A DNA stretch of 64,000 nt from NCBI GenBank assembly GCA_049724395.1, contig JAUGWO010000046.1, positions 62,001 to 126,000 on the forward strand, given 5' to 3'. The DNA is from Spongospora subterranea f. sp. subterranea. Taxonomy: Eukaryota. Both the position numbers and the translations under genes were made by a program. Positions 44,963-57,994 of this stretch are shown one piece after another (the first letter of the stretch is position 1; each line of letters starts with the position of its first letter). Under the pieces are notes generated by a model. That model was not told the origin of the DNA, ran no database searches, and was given only the letters and a program-made list of their open reading frames with translations.

Positions 44963-45536
44963 TGACGAGAATGAGTTTTGAACAGGAACACATTCAAGAT
45001 CATTATCTGAGGGGCGGCTGAGGCCCTACAGTATAGTGTACTGTAGATCAACACGATGTGTCCAACATTCAACAGTCAACACCCGACAACCCATCGTCTG
45101 TACTTTCTCCAGCATTTTTCTCACGATTGATACAATTTCTAGACTTGTCTTGCCATAAAAATGCATCTGCACAAGTCTTTTCTTACAACCCAACAAGTAC
45201 AAACTAAGGAATATCGTTTCCACATCACATGAGCATTACGCGCGTTGTTCGATATCTACTCAAACATGGTACTGTAGTGGGTTGCAGCGACATGCGTCTG
45301 TACATCCATGAACAGCAGCCCAGTTCTGCATCCAGAGTCTGAAACTCGCGATATATTTCTGTTTGATATGATCGATAAATGACCAAAGAAATGAACCTTT
45401 ATTATGTGTTTATTAAATCACGCGGATGCTGATAGCTAAATTAGTTTTGAAAACAAATGCATCCTGGAGATGTCAGCACCATCAAAGCATAATCCGATAA
45501 ATATGAATGGGACAGCTACTTTTGAACGATGGGACA

Positions 45537-46932
45537 TTATTTGTTCAGTTGCGGTATAATATAATCGTCGACAACATGATGTGCCATGGGGATAGCGCAG
45601 GTCCAACCAGGTGAAACCGCGTTCAGGATATGAGTGGAAAGGCAGCCACGCCCAATAACGAAGTCATTGACTAGCTCGGATCGACTCATAAGCTGAGCTC
45701 TGATGCCTGGACGTAGCCAGGTCGAATCGCGAGCTAGATTGCCATGACAAGGGGCATGCAACAGCTGATCAGCATCAGAAAGAATTCGTTTTTTGCTGAG
45801 CTTTGCCAACTCTCGTAATGCCAATCGACGGATCCCTTGTGAATCATGCCACATCATTCCTAAAAGGTCTGTCACTATTTGGGAGGTTTCAGAAAACTTG
45901 GAAATCGGAGGTAGTATTGAATAGTTTTCTCGGGAAAACGCTGGCATCGACGTGGGACCAACTTTCGCCCCACCCGACGCGCAAACTGTCCAATGCGTGC
46001 CTAAGAATGGCTGTCTCAAATCAGGGACAGGATAAACATTGGTTCTAAGTTCTTGTTTCAATGGGCAGTGAAGGAAAAGGCCTTTAAACGGAAGAATCTG
46101 AGAACCTTATCAGCATTTCCATTAGGGAGAATACACACCTCAATATTGATACCGAGTATTGCAGTCCGACATTACATTTATCTATGGGCAATCTGGTCTG
46201 CATAAAGACCAGCAGCATTAACAAAGTGAGCTGCTTCAATAGTGCCCATATTCGTTTTAACCGATATCTTCCCAAGAACAGACTTGTCGCAGATATCCAA
46301 GACAGTACAACGTGTTTGGATATCAACACCTAGCTCGATGGCATCATCGACTTGAGCTGCTGAGACCTCGACGGGATCAGCGACGCTTGTCGATGGACTC
46401 CACAAAGCGCGTTGATACGTTTTGACCATCGGCTCAATCTCTAAAGCTTCCGACTCGGAAACCATGTGCACATCCTAATCAACCGGTTAGCTTCGTCAGT
46501 CTAGTTCACAAAGCATATTAATACAATTCCATTTTCTTGACCGCGATTATACAAAATATCGAGGGATTGTAGGTCACTATCGGAGGTAGCCACAACAAGT
46601 TTTCCACAACGCTTCAATTTGAGTTTTTTTTCCAAGATAAACTCGGTTAATTTGCGATTCCCTGTTTTAGTCATCAATGATTTCAGGGTATCGGATGTGT
46701 AATAGAATCTAAATGTAAATCAGCACATGGTCAGCATGGAGTGTTTTTTTAAACGGTTCACCAACCCAGAATGGATCACCCCGGAATTTCTTGAGGAACC
46801 GTGATGCCCGCATCGTTCTTCTTTTTCCAGCAATAATATCACCGCTCCAGGCAAGCACTGCCGAAGACGGCTGGCAATGTTCAGCCCGATACACCCGCCG
46901 CCGGCAACCACAATATCAGCGACCAACTTCAT
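45537..46932 (-). CDS. L2HGDH: L-2-hydroxyglutarate dehydrogenase/oxidase (FAD-dependent)
   Basis: DIVVAGGG.IGL..A..L......ILLLEKE....H.SSRNSGVIHSG; FVNAAGLYADQIA; YPVPD...PFLG.H.T.....K.GP; GIRAQL......V.DF.I......HILNA.SPG.T.A. Confidence 0.9.
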
Positions 46933-48157
46933 ATACTTTCACGGATTATCATCATATAAACTCTTAAGAGGGATACGATGTATCGGGCTGCGGATGGCGT
47001 TGATGAAGATACGGGAGGGGATGAAATGGTCATTTTATCAATTGTGTAACTATCGTACATCGATAACGATTGGATACCCTCGCTGCTATTAACGTGGTAC
47101 ATATCGCTTTCGCTTGTGGTGTGCTGCTTAATTCAATTCGATGCCTTTGTAGATACGCGAGTGATTTATCTGCGACGGTTTTGGAGTTGCGCGGTGGTGG
47201 CGGTCGGCATTGCTCTCCCATGTCCGTTTCTTTGTATACGAGTCGTTCTCAGTGAAGTCTTTGAACTATATGGAGGAGGTATCGACCATTTAACATCTCA
47301 ATGAACTGCAGCATTACCGCATCAGCGACGTTCGTCGAATCCTGCCTGTGGCTTACCGCGAAGCTCCCGCGCCATCATCCTTCTTCTTTGCTCTCAACAG
47401 CGCTGATGCAATGCAGATTGCGCTATTGACGCTGGGTTCTGCATATCGTAATTTGTGTCTCCGTTTAGTTGGTTGTCCCTGAGTTTCATAAAGTTTCCTT
47501 TATCGATACCTGTCAAAAACTCATGATGTAGAAGAGGTCAGAATGAGGATTATTTGCGACGTGATTGAGCTCCGAGGGGTAGCAGCACCGACCCTCATCA
47601 AGTTTTTCAAAACCCGATTCTCAAAACAATGTCATTTTGGAAATATGCATCCATATTTAACTGGCAAAAACAAGACTGGATCGAAACCGCCTCTGGGCAC
47701 ATTCAAAAGACTGGATCAGGTCATTCTGGGTTACCGGACGATACAACTTCCAAGCACGACTGTTAATCGGATTGACATTCCCTACAAGATTTACAACATG
47801 TATGGGAACCACGCCTTGGTGGAAATCCGAAAGTCGCACGCGCGCTGTGACAAACGCGACGCTCTGAGTCTTCCTGGTCAGTCCATTGAATTTAAACGGA
47901 ACCAGAAAACTTCTCAGTAACTGGTTTATTACAAATCCGGCCAAGTGGTGATATTTAGCGACATTGCAGAATGCTATCTTAATCGCATAGTACTCTATAT
48001 CGGTAACTCAGTTGACTGAGCGAATCACGACATTCTAACTTCAGTACTTGAATGACAACCGCGAGCCGGACGATGAAAAGTGAGGTGGCGGAGATAGTCC
48101 GTGAATGAAATCAGCTGAAGAAGTGCACACACGTAGCGGTGTCGCTATTGACTTATA

Positions 48158-50379
48158 ATGTCGAATTTGGTTTCTTTAATTTTTGAGGCGTGCACCAAAG
48201 ACGCAGCTGCCGTCCATGTATGTGATTCAATTGGAACTATGGTGTCGGAAACAGAGGCCGGAAGGTCGCGCGTGGCGCTTGCGCTCCGTCAAACCGCCAG
48301 CTTGATTATGAGCAACGGCGTTGCTGATATCGAGCTTTCTGCCAAAGGGACGCCACTTTCAGTATTGCTTAATCTATCTATTGATTTGAGCAAACGCAAT
48401 CAATGTGTTATCAACGCCCCGTTTGTTGTTATTGAAGATTTATTGATGTCTCGAACCGTCAATGAGCTCTCCGCCGTATTCGACCTGGTTGAGCATTATG
48501 TCGGAGTTATGGCAGAATCGAAATTGCTTCAGTCGCAAAGAGGTGCGCTGATCTATGTAATATTTTTTGCTTCCCATTGATTCGCATTATTATGTAGCCA
48601 AATTAGCTTTGTTGCGCTTATGCAATTCACTGTTAGAAAGACTTCCTAGGACACAAGATATGGCATTTCGCGGCCGCGTTTTGATTCTATTAGCGAAATG
48701 CTTCCCGATTGATGAGCGATCTGGAGTTAATTTAAAAGGCGCTTTCAATGTATCAAACACGACTGTGATGGATACCGAGTTCCCTAAAGACGGTGCCCCG
48801 AATTTCGACTTTGCCTTCTACAGAACGTTTTGGTAGTCAACATCGTACTTTGCAGCTCTAAACAACTGATTTTAACGTTATTTAGGTCATTGCAGTCGTA
48901 TTTATCGAATCCGCGTCAATTAATCGAAGATTCAAATCAGAGCGATTTTATTCGAATTGTTGATGCCGTGATTGTTGCGTTCGAAGGAACTCCACTCCAT
49001 GCCCTGGATGTCGATGCCGCTTTTAACAGCGATGATGCCAATGACAGTGGGTTTAATGCCAAGTTCCTTGTACTCATTGTTTCGAAATTTGCAATTTCCC
49101 GGTTAATTCGTGTTTGTACAGACGACCCCACGATTGTTTGCTCTCCAACTGCGTGATCCATTACTTCGGCGTACTGTCCTTCTTCAGTTAATGATTATAT
49201 TTAATCTCTTATTGAAGCAACCCAGCAGTAGCAAAGTTCCAATTTCAGTCTCGTATCAGGTTAGACTTTTGCATTATTAAAACACTCTTTGACGTTCATC
49301 ATCAGCATCGGTTGGAGATGTTAGCATTGTCGGAACGGGTCACTAAAGTTATGGGCTCGACCCCTCCTGAGGGTCAACAGTTTCTGAATGCTGTGAAAAT
49401 TCACCTTTCAGGGGAAGCTCTTTGGTCTTCATGGAAAGATTCAGGTACGTTGTCCGACTTGCTTGATGTCATCAACGATGTTAACATCACACATTTCAGG
49501 ATGCCCGCCTATAGAAAACCAGAACATTGTTCGGAATTTTGCCGGAGAAAAATTGGACATAATCTCACCTAAATTGGTCGATATGGGAGATCCAGTATTG
49601 AATAAGCTGTGGTCAATTGATACATGCTTATCTGATCCCGCTAGATTATTCAGATCGTCGGTTCATCATATTCTTGAGGTCCGGTCATCGACTTAGCAAA
49701 GATTGTCAAGCGTTTGCTAATTTTCCTTAAGGAAGTACGCGAAGAAGATGAACCCGACGCTGACATAGAAGACGCATTTAAGAAGAAAAATGACGTGAAA
49801 TGGTCGTGGAAGGTAGGATTGTTTAGGGGCATAATTTGTTTACATTCTGGGTAATCTGCTCCACCTTCAGGCGCTAAGATTACTGATCAGAGAAGATCTC
49901 CAATTAGTGTCTGAATTCGAAGGTGATCTGGGCAAAATGGCGCACCAGCCGGCATTCACCACTCCTGCTGTTCCTGCTCGCCCTGCATCGCCTGCTATCG
50001 CTCCTGAGGTCAATGGGCCCCCGGAGGTCGGGCTCTCCGCCAAACTTTCCTGAACCCTCTCGGTCGGTGTCCCACAGGCCTCTTATAAAGAGACGACTGT
50101 ACGGTTTCATTCAATTCTTCTAATGTTCGTGTCTTTAATGGTTTGGGTAGATCTACTGTTCCAGTTGAAGCGTCGCCTTCAATTCCGGAAGCTGCCGAAG
50201 ACGGCGCGATTGATGATATACCAACAAAACGTATCCGAACTGCAACGATGAATGAGCAGTTGATGGAACAAATTGCGCTAGAAAAAGCAAAAAAGCAGCA
50301 GCAAGACGACGAGATTCGTGCTAGGCGGGCCTCTCGTTTCGATAGGAAGTCGGATCCTCCATCCTCTAATCGAAGATAA
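48158..50379 (+). CDS. THOC1: THO complex subunit 1 (Hpr1)
   Basis: PF..IEDL; KL.LLRLCN.LL.RL....D..FRGRVL..LA..FP..ERSG.NL.G.FN..N.T; FY..FWSLQ.Y..NP; KFLT...LF.LQL.D...RR.VL.Q; E..W..WK..GCP; MG...L.KLW; W.W.ALRL. Confidence 0.9.
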
Positions 50380-50678
50380 GTTCAATAAAATGCCCAACAA
50401 AACCATGCTGGCCGCGCCCACTCCCTCCATCACCACAAAAGAAACGCAGCACTGCATCGACACTAAGGAATGTGAATATAGGAGGGCACCAGCACCAAAA
50501 TAACAGGATTAAGGGAGTCGCGGGTTTTAACCGTAACATTTGTAGTGACCGATATTAGACCCAGTGGGGGGAGTGGGATCCCATTACTCTGCCTGCATGC
50601 TCTTTCAGTGCCCAAACACAGACTGCGCTTGTTCTGGACCGTTCTCGAACAAGAAGATTCATTCATAATTAATTCGCT

Positions 50679-53600
50679 ATGGCGGTCGGTGAGAGCAAGG
50701 CCGCTCAAAACACAGTAACTTCGGTCCAGATGCCATCGCAGGGCGCTTCCCGGTTGCAAAGCGCCGAAAGTGCTCCTACGGAGCATATTAAGTTCGTCCT
50801 AGCTGGCAGCAACTTTCTCTCGTCGAGCAGTTTTTTTTGGGTCTTTCGCCTTCTGTGGAAGTGTCTTACCAAAGATCCCGAAAATATCGAAGTTAGCGTC
50901 AATCATCGAACCAGCTCGGAATCTTCCAGTCTGGCGCTAAGCAATGCCTGGGATCACCACCATGATCTCTTGAAAGCATGTATGAGCGCGTTTGGTCCTT
51001 ATTACGCCGTGCTAGGTCTATGGAAAGTCCTCTGGGGCGTTTTCACATGGGCTATGGCCTGGTACCTCCTACAGGAAATGATGCGACATCCAACATATCT
51101 ACTAGCGGGTTTAATATTAGTTTGCGCCTGCGGCTCAGCTGTTGCCATTCAGGTATCACAGTCGACTCTCAAACTCTGAACAAACTCATGTTTCCCATTA
51201 GCGCTTATACCACGATACGTTTGTTGTCGGTCTCCGTGTAAAGGCAGCAATCTTGGATCTGATTTATCGAAGATGCATGGTTCTGTCCCCAGCCAATGTC
51301 AATATTGGCCATATCATGACGATGATTGCCAACGATGTCGAGGCCATTGCCGATTGCTCCACCCAATTCCACTTGTAAGTTTGTCTCCTCGAACGGGAAT
51401 CACCATTTCTTACCATTTATAGTTTATGGTCTGCCGGATTCGAAGTGGCTGCTATATTAATAATTGCTTATGTACTTTCTGGATGGCGTGCGGCCCTGGC
51501 TCCGATTCTGGTAGTGGTCGCCGTCATCATCCCCGTTCAAATATATCTGGGGAAGGTCGTATCCGACACCTCGCGCCGATTCTTAGCCTCGGCGAGTCGG
51601 CGTCTACACCTCATGACTGAAATACTTACCGCCATCAAACTCGTCAAGTTCTACGCTTGGGAGGACGTCGTCCGTGACAAAATTTGCTGCCATCCGGGCT
51701 CATGAAGCTACCGCAGCCTATAGGCAAATTCGCGCTCGCGCTATTAACTTCGCATTCGTGTTTGCTGGCCCCGTTGTCGCCGCACTCTCATGTCTTCTCG
51801 TTCTGCAATTATCGAACTACAAGCTGGACCCAATTCTGGCATTCACACTAGTGTCGTTGTTTAATACCCTGCGATACCCATTGTTAATGCTGCCCTTGGC
51901 CGTAAAATCTTTTTCGAGTGCGTGCAGCGCCTTTACCAGCATCAATGTTCTGTTGAACAAACCTGAGATGAGAGATCAACGTGACACTCGTCAATGCGGT
52001 GATAAGAATATCATATTTCGCGATGCTAGCTTGAAATGGGAGCATTCAGACACCAATACATTGAAGAATATCTCGTTGCGCGTGGAACCCGGCGAGATTC
52101 TAGCCGTTGTGGGTGGCGTTGGAAGCGGGAAGAGCAGTTTGGTGGCAGCGATGTTAGGACAGATGCAGATTGTGGACGGTATGGTTAGTGCTCGCGGTCT
52201 TATGTCATTCTGCCCGCAGGAGCCATGGCTAATCAACTCCACTCTACGAGAGAATATCCTGTTCGGGACCGAATTCGATCATAAGCGTTATTGCGAAACG
52301 ATCAAGATTTGTTCCATGGAACGTGATCTGTCCTTATTTCCAGAAGGTGATCTTCTCCCAATCAGTGAGCGTGGGGCCAATTTGTCCGGTGGACAACGTC
52401 AACGTGTCTCCATCGCTCGCGCTGTCTACAGTTACTCCGACATCATTCTGCTCGACGACCCGCTCAGCGCGTTGGATCAGGCTGTCGGACGTCAGATTTT
52501 CGATTCATGCATCAAAATGTTTTTAAAGGATCGTGCCGTCGTTCTTGTCACACACCAACTGCAATATCTGCCGGAGTGTTCCAACATCGCCATCATGGAG
52601 AATGGTTGTGTCGCCGAATACGGGAGCTTCTATGACCTAATGGCTATCAAAGACGGTCGTCTGCGCAAACTGATGCACGAGTTCAGCGACTTCGAGAATT
52701 CTATCGTGCCCGAGACCATAGACGAAGGAGTTTTGCATATCATTCGCATGCCTAGCGGACATCTGTCGCCGTCGACCAGTATGGTGGATTTGTCAAGCCA
52801 ATCCGAAAATAAGGCCATCGAGTTGACCGACGTTATCGTGTCGCCGCCATCGCCCACAAAGGCGACGATAGCAAGCCAGTCAGCCATCACTCGCATTGCC
52901 CAATACAACCCTCAATTGACAGCTCAATTGCATCCCGTCGATGAAGCTATTCTCACGCAAAAAGCGGAATATGAGCACAAATCAATGTTTGGGCCTAAGC
53001 ATTTTCCACTGGACGCCAATGGCCATGATGATCGTGAATTTTCCCGAACCGTCTCTCACAATATGTATGTACTGTAATGCCAGCTTTTATATGTAATTAT
53101 TGTTATCCAGTTTGGCGGTCAGCTTTCCACGGTTAATCAACTCTAGAATCTAACTAGTTTTTATGTTGAGGCATTTGCTTACCGAATCAATGGAAGGGTA
53201 ATTGATGTTGCTATGCAGGACGCAAACGTTGACGACAATTACGAGACCATTTTTCGACGATGCGGATGTAAAGGGTGACAAGCGCATTTCTGACAAGTGG
53301 GTTGCCTCTCGTCGTTCATGGATTCGATACATGCGCCAGGCCGGCACCATCTCACAGGCTCTCTCCCTGTTCTTTTTCTTCTGGCTTGTTCATTGCATGC
53401 GGCTGGCCAGTGATGTCTGGGTCAAGGTGTGGCAAGGGGCCCCTGGGTCCTCGTATAAAGCGTATTCTCTCGGCGCCAGCAATGACGTCACCGTTTACGC
53501 TGTGATTATTTTCCTATTCGCCACCGGTGTAACCATTCGCGGCCTGTGGTTGGCTTCGTCCACGGCGGCTAAGGCACGTTCTCTGCATGATTCTATGCTG

Positions 53601-55219
53601 CGGTCGTTAATTCGCGCACCGATGTCATTCTACGACAAGACTCCGCTCGGACGGATTCTGCAGTCGTCATCGAAACACCAATCCGATGCCGATGACCGCC
53701 TTCCTGATGCATTATTGCAATGGATGCAATATGTCCCATTAGCGATCGGTTCATTAGCAATTATGACTTGGCAGAGTTCTCTTCCTTTATATATGTTTGT
53801 TGTCATCATTGTATTATTCTTCCTCGCCGGTCTTTTGGTCTGGTTTCCTCGCACCTCCGGAGCAGATAACTACTACAAAAATCAGGCAGGCGATTTCGAG
53901 AACTATGCTTTACTCTCATATAACTGCGAGTCTTGAAGGCTTGTTCTCAATCCGCGCTTTCCGTTGCCAGGATCGTTTCCAAACTATGTTAATGGGCCAC
54001 ATGAACACGGTCTCCGCTAACGACCTCGCGGGCCAATCAATCCGATTTTTAATCGCCTTGTACATTGACGTAATTTGTTCAATCTCTATATTCTTTTGCG
54101 CGTTTTTTTTTGTGGTTTCGCCCTCGGATTCGGCTACGATTGGACTGTCATTATCAAATGCTTTACAGCTTTTGGTGTTCGTTCAGTGGGCGCTGCGAAT
54201 GTGGGAGGAGGCCTCAGCTTCGATGCAGTCGATCGGTAATTTACAGTTTATGGCCGAGAAAATCCCGGCTGAGGCGCCGGCTGTCGTTCCTGCATCGCGG
54301 CCGGATGCTGATTGGCCAACCGACGGCAGCATCACGTTTCAGGATGTCGTTTTGAGGTACTCTACATTCGGTGTCGCCGTTTTGAAGCGCATCTCGTTTC
54401 AGATCCAGCCAATGGAAAAAATTGGAATCGTTGGAAGAGAACAGTAAAATCGGTTTTGTCACCCGCAACAGCTCTATGCTTACAGTGTTTTAGGGGTCTG
54501 GGAAATCAACTCTCTTGGTGTCCTTGTTGCGGATTGTCGAACTGTCTGCCGGACGAATTGTTATCGACGGTGTAGATATCGCGAAATTGGGTTTGGAGGA
54601 CCTACGGCGAAGGATTGCCATCATTCCGCAGGAGTCGGTGTTGTTTTCGGGCACGATACGTCATAATCTCGATCCGACCGGCATCAATGAGGACGATGCG
54701 CTATGGCACTCTTTGGATGCCGTGAATCTGGCCGACAAAATTAGAGCATTACCGCAAGGCTTAGATACTAACGTCGAATCTCATGGTCCAAGGTTCTCCC
54801 TGGGGCAAAGGCAATTGTTTTGTATCGCCCGAGCGATTTTGATGAAATCACGTGTCGTTGTTCTAGATGAGGCAACTGCTGCCATTGATGCCGAGACTGA
54901 CGCGATGGTTCAAAGGGCAATAACATTGAACTTCACTGACTGCACGGTACTAACCATAGCTCATCGACTCAACACGATCATTCAATCAGATCGAATTCTG
55001 ATCATGGACGCCGGCAAGGTAGTAGAGTTCGATAAGCCATTAACCTTACTAGACAACAAGGGCCATTTTCACTCATTAGTCGAGAATACGGGTCCGGAAA
55101 CAGCCAGAAAGCTGCGACAATTAGCCCAAGAAAAGTTCGAGAAAGATCAGGATCGCGACATGCAGAAAACGGATGCAGAGTTCTTCACGAAATTTATCCG
55201 ACCTATTGATCCACTGTAA
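50679..55219 (+). CDS. Second ABCC-family full ABC transporter (few introns; two apparent +1 frameshifts)
   Basis: EILTAIKLVKFYAWE; NBD1 [49 protein letters not shown]2 IGIVGR.GSGKS, FSLGQRQL, LDEATA, TIAHRL; frame breaks at 51679-51685 and 53877-53881. Confidence 0.9.
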
Positions 55220-55342
55220 AATAAGGGCCGTTCCATTACATGACTCTGTCATGACTGGATGAATGGTTAAACTGATACTAAAATGTCCTCATTTGTTTCC
55301 TAGATAAAAAAGCACTCAATTGGAATATTTTAGAAATAGTAG

Positions 55343-56304
55343 CTATAACTTGAAATGCTGCCCGGGCACTTCCGGAGTAAATCCCGCTTTTCGAAACAGG
55401 TCTTGTAGGGCAGGCCATGTGTCCTCCTTGCCCCCCATAATTTCAAAACTAGTCAGCAAACCACGTTCTTCGAAGAAATCAATAACAGGTTGGCTAATTC
55501 TATCGAACTCTCGCAGCCTTTTGTTGACAACCTCCTTTTGTTTGAATATTAAAAAACAACAGACATTATAGTCGTGAAACGCATACCACAGTATCATCCT
55601 GCCTCTGAACGAGAGCTGACCCGCAGTCGTCGCAAACTCCTGGGACATTTGGTGACAACGGTGGCATTCGCATTGTCCCATATTTTATATCTGCCAGGTT
55701 ATAGGATCGGCTGCACTGAGGACAGATGCGTCGTTTGATAACTTTTTCGATCAATATCTCTCGCCTGTAGAAACCCCATCGTTAATAGTGTAGGTGCGGA
55801 CAGCGATCAAAACAACCTCAATTTGAGTAGCAGTACAGATTTCACGTCCGTTAATCTGTCCACCTCTGCAACTTGCGACAGCTGCCTAGGGAAGCTAGGA
55901 TGCATTAAATACAGATCAGCACTCGTGGCTTAAGACATTACCCGTCCAATAACACTGCCTTCTTATTACAAATCATACTCGACAACAGCGGAATTACGAC
56001 AGAGTCGGGAAGCAGCTCCCCTATAACATGCCATGGACTGCAATTCTATTTCGTAACGACGAGGATGTATCTACCGTTATCCACATACTGCTTATAAAGT
56101 TCGAATTGTGGCTCTTTATCGCGTATTTTTTGACGAATCGCATCCCCGGTCGAGATGTGTTCGTATCCCAGCCAACGGCTCAACATCGACGCATATGTGC
56201 CTGAATAACTATCAGCGTCTCACTTTCGAATAGGAGAAGATCCAACCTTTGCCTACGCCGGGCGCGCCTAACAGGACGACACATGAAGGCCGGATACGAG
56301 ACAT
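55343..56304 (-). CDS. Adenylate kinase with Zn-binding LID
   Basis: VVLLGAPGVGKG|TY; HISTGD.IR; G.LLPD; VLLDG.PR...Q; RRIC..C...YN...C..C...L.QR.DD. Confidence 0.9.
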
Positions 56305-57994
56305 ATCCTTCAAACGACGTCAAACAAAATCAATCACAAGTTGAACTTCTTGATGATAATATTAGGTGGAAGTGCAAGTGCCGTAACGAATATCAGGCCT
56401 GTTATAGACCTGTAATCAATCTGGTCTTCCACTACTCTGTACTGTCACTACTGTGTCTACAGTTTTAGGAGCCGCCTATCGGCTCCCGTCTGCACTGCAG
56501 AGCATGCTGTGAAGTGTGGAGTGCGCAATTCAGCAGTGAGGGCACCGCGTCATAACAGAATGGGGTCCACACTCCACAGTGGCCGCGAAGTGCCCATTGA
56601 CTGTTTATCTGTCACACACGAATAATAAAGACACTGGTGACAATGGCCAGGTCGTTGTGAAGTTACCTAATGTGGCGAAAAGAACACTGGGTCGGCGATC
56701 AGGCAGTATATGGCAATTCTGCGATGAATTCCCTACAGTTAGAGTGCTTCACGGTTAGTTGCTGCAGCTGACCATATTGAGATTTCGAAGTTAACTACGA
56801 CGGCGCAAACCATGTTCATACTAGGTAGGCGCCGGTATATTTGATTGATGACTGTTGTAGGGTATAAATTCGGCCCCGGGATTTCTGATAAACTTGTAAG
56901 GGTGGCAACGTGCTTTGCGGTTTGTCCTGTAAAGGCCTTGACAACATCCAGACTTGATGCGAAAATACTACTGTGACCTCCATAGGCGCCACAGTTCTCA
57001 TTGGCAGTATATCGTAGTCAAGCGAAATACAATTTCAAACCCCTTTGATGGCCATTTCTTTCTAAAAACGCCCAGATTGGTCTAAAATATCAGCAGCATA
57101 TTTAAAGGTTGCCTGTGAGACTTTCCGCCACAAACAGATAGGGTGTTTGCCGGTCAAGACCCATGGATTCAAACAGAAGACACTAACGAAGTTAGGCTGG
57201 ACGATGGAGGTCTACTTATCGCACCTATGTTGGAACGACCCTTTCATAAAATATGGCGATGCTTGATATCGCTCCTCAACTGGGAAAGCATCTTTTCCAA
57301 TATGGCACCATTATGTTTAGATTCCGGAAAAGCTGATGAAAGGTATTGTATCACCACTGCTCGAGTGTGGTCTTAAGTTGAAAAATAAGTTACATTTCAA
57401 AGAATTGGTGAGGACCACAGATGGATTGAAATTTAGGACAATCAACTGCAACGATTACGAACTCCTGATCCGACATTCAAAACGGACTAACCGCTCAGAA
57501 CGCTCGTTTTTCACAGCGTCACCGATGGCAATAACGATAACGATGCGAAAGTAGCACTAACTTCATCTATCATCTATGGCATCCAACGGCCACGCCCAAA
57601 ACTGCCGTTGTTATTGACACAAAAGCCTTCTTCCTGCTACCTATCAAAGCGCGATATCATAGCTCCGAATGAGATATTCCAATTCCTAACATCCGCCATT
57701 ATATCTGAACTTCCTTTCGGCAGTTTCAGTCATTTACAACTTACAGGTCACCGCAGGTTATCGCAATGGCTGGATTTGGCGGAGACGCGCCAGACTTTTC
57801 CTTCCATGCTGGATGGGAGCAACCCTGTACAAGTGCCGCTGCGGCACTGGCTGACAGTGACAGGCGAACCAGGAGTTTTGGCGCCAGATTACAGTCTGCA
57901 CCGGATTGCGAAGAAAATCGTTTAAATTTATATCTGTGTACCAGATAGTGCATTGCTTGGGTTCAGTCCTGTGGGATTTGGTTTGATCATCTCC

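Noticed and set aside
47030..47944. ORFs between L2HGDH and THOC1
   Set aside because: No recognisable family or coherent exon chain; possibly degenerate, but unsupported.
56555..56575. AACAGAATGGGGTCC resembling the 3' conserved region of RNase MRP/P RNA
   Set aside because: No matching upstream GAAAGTCCCC-type P4 partner found nearby.
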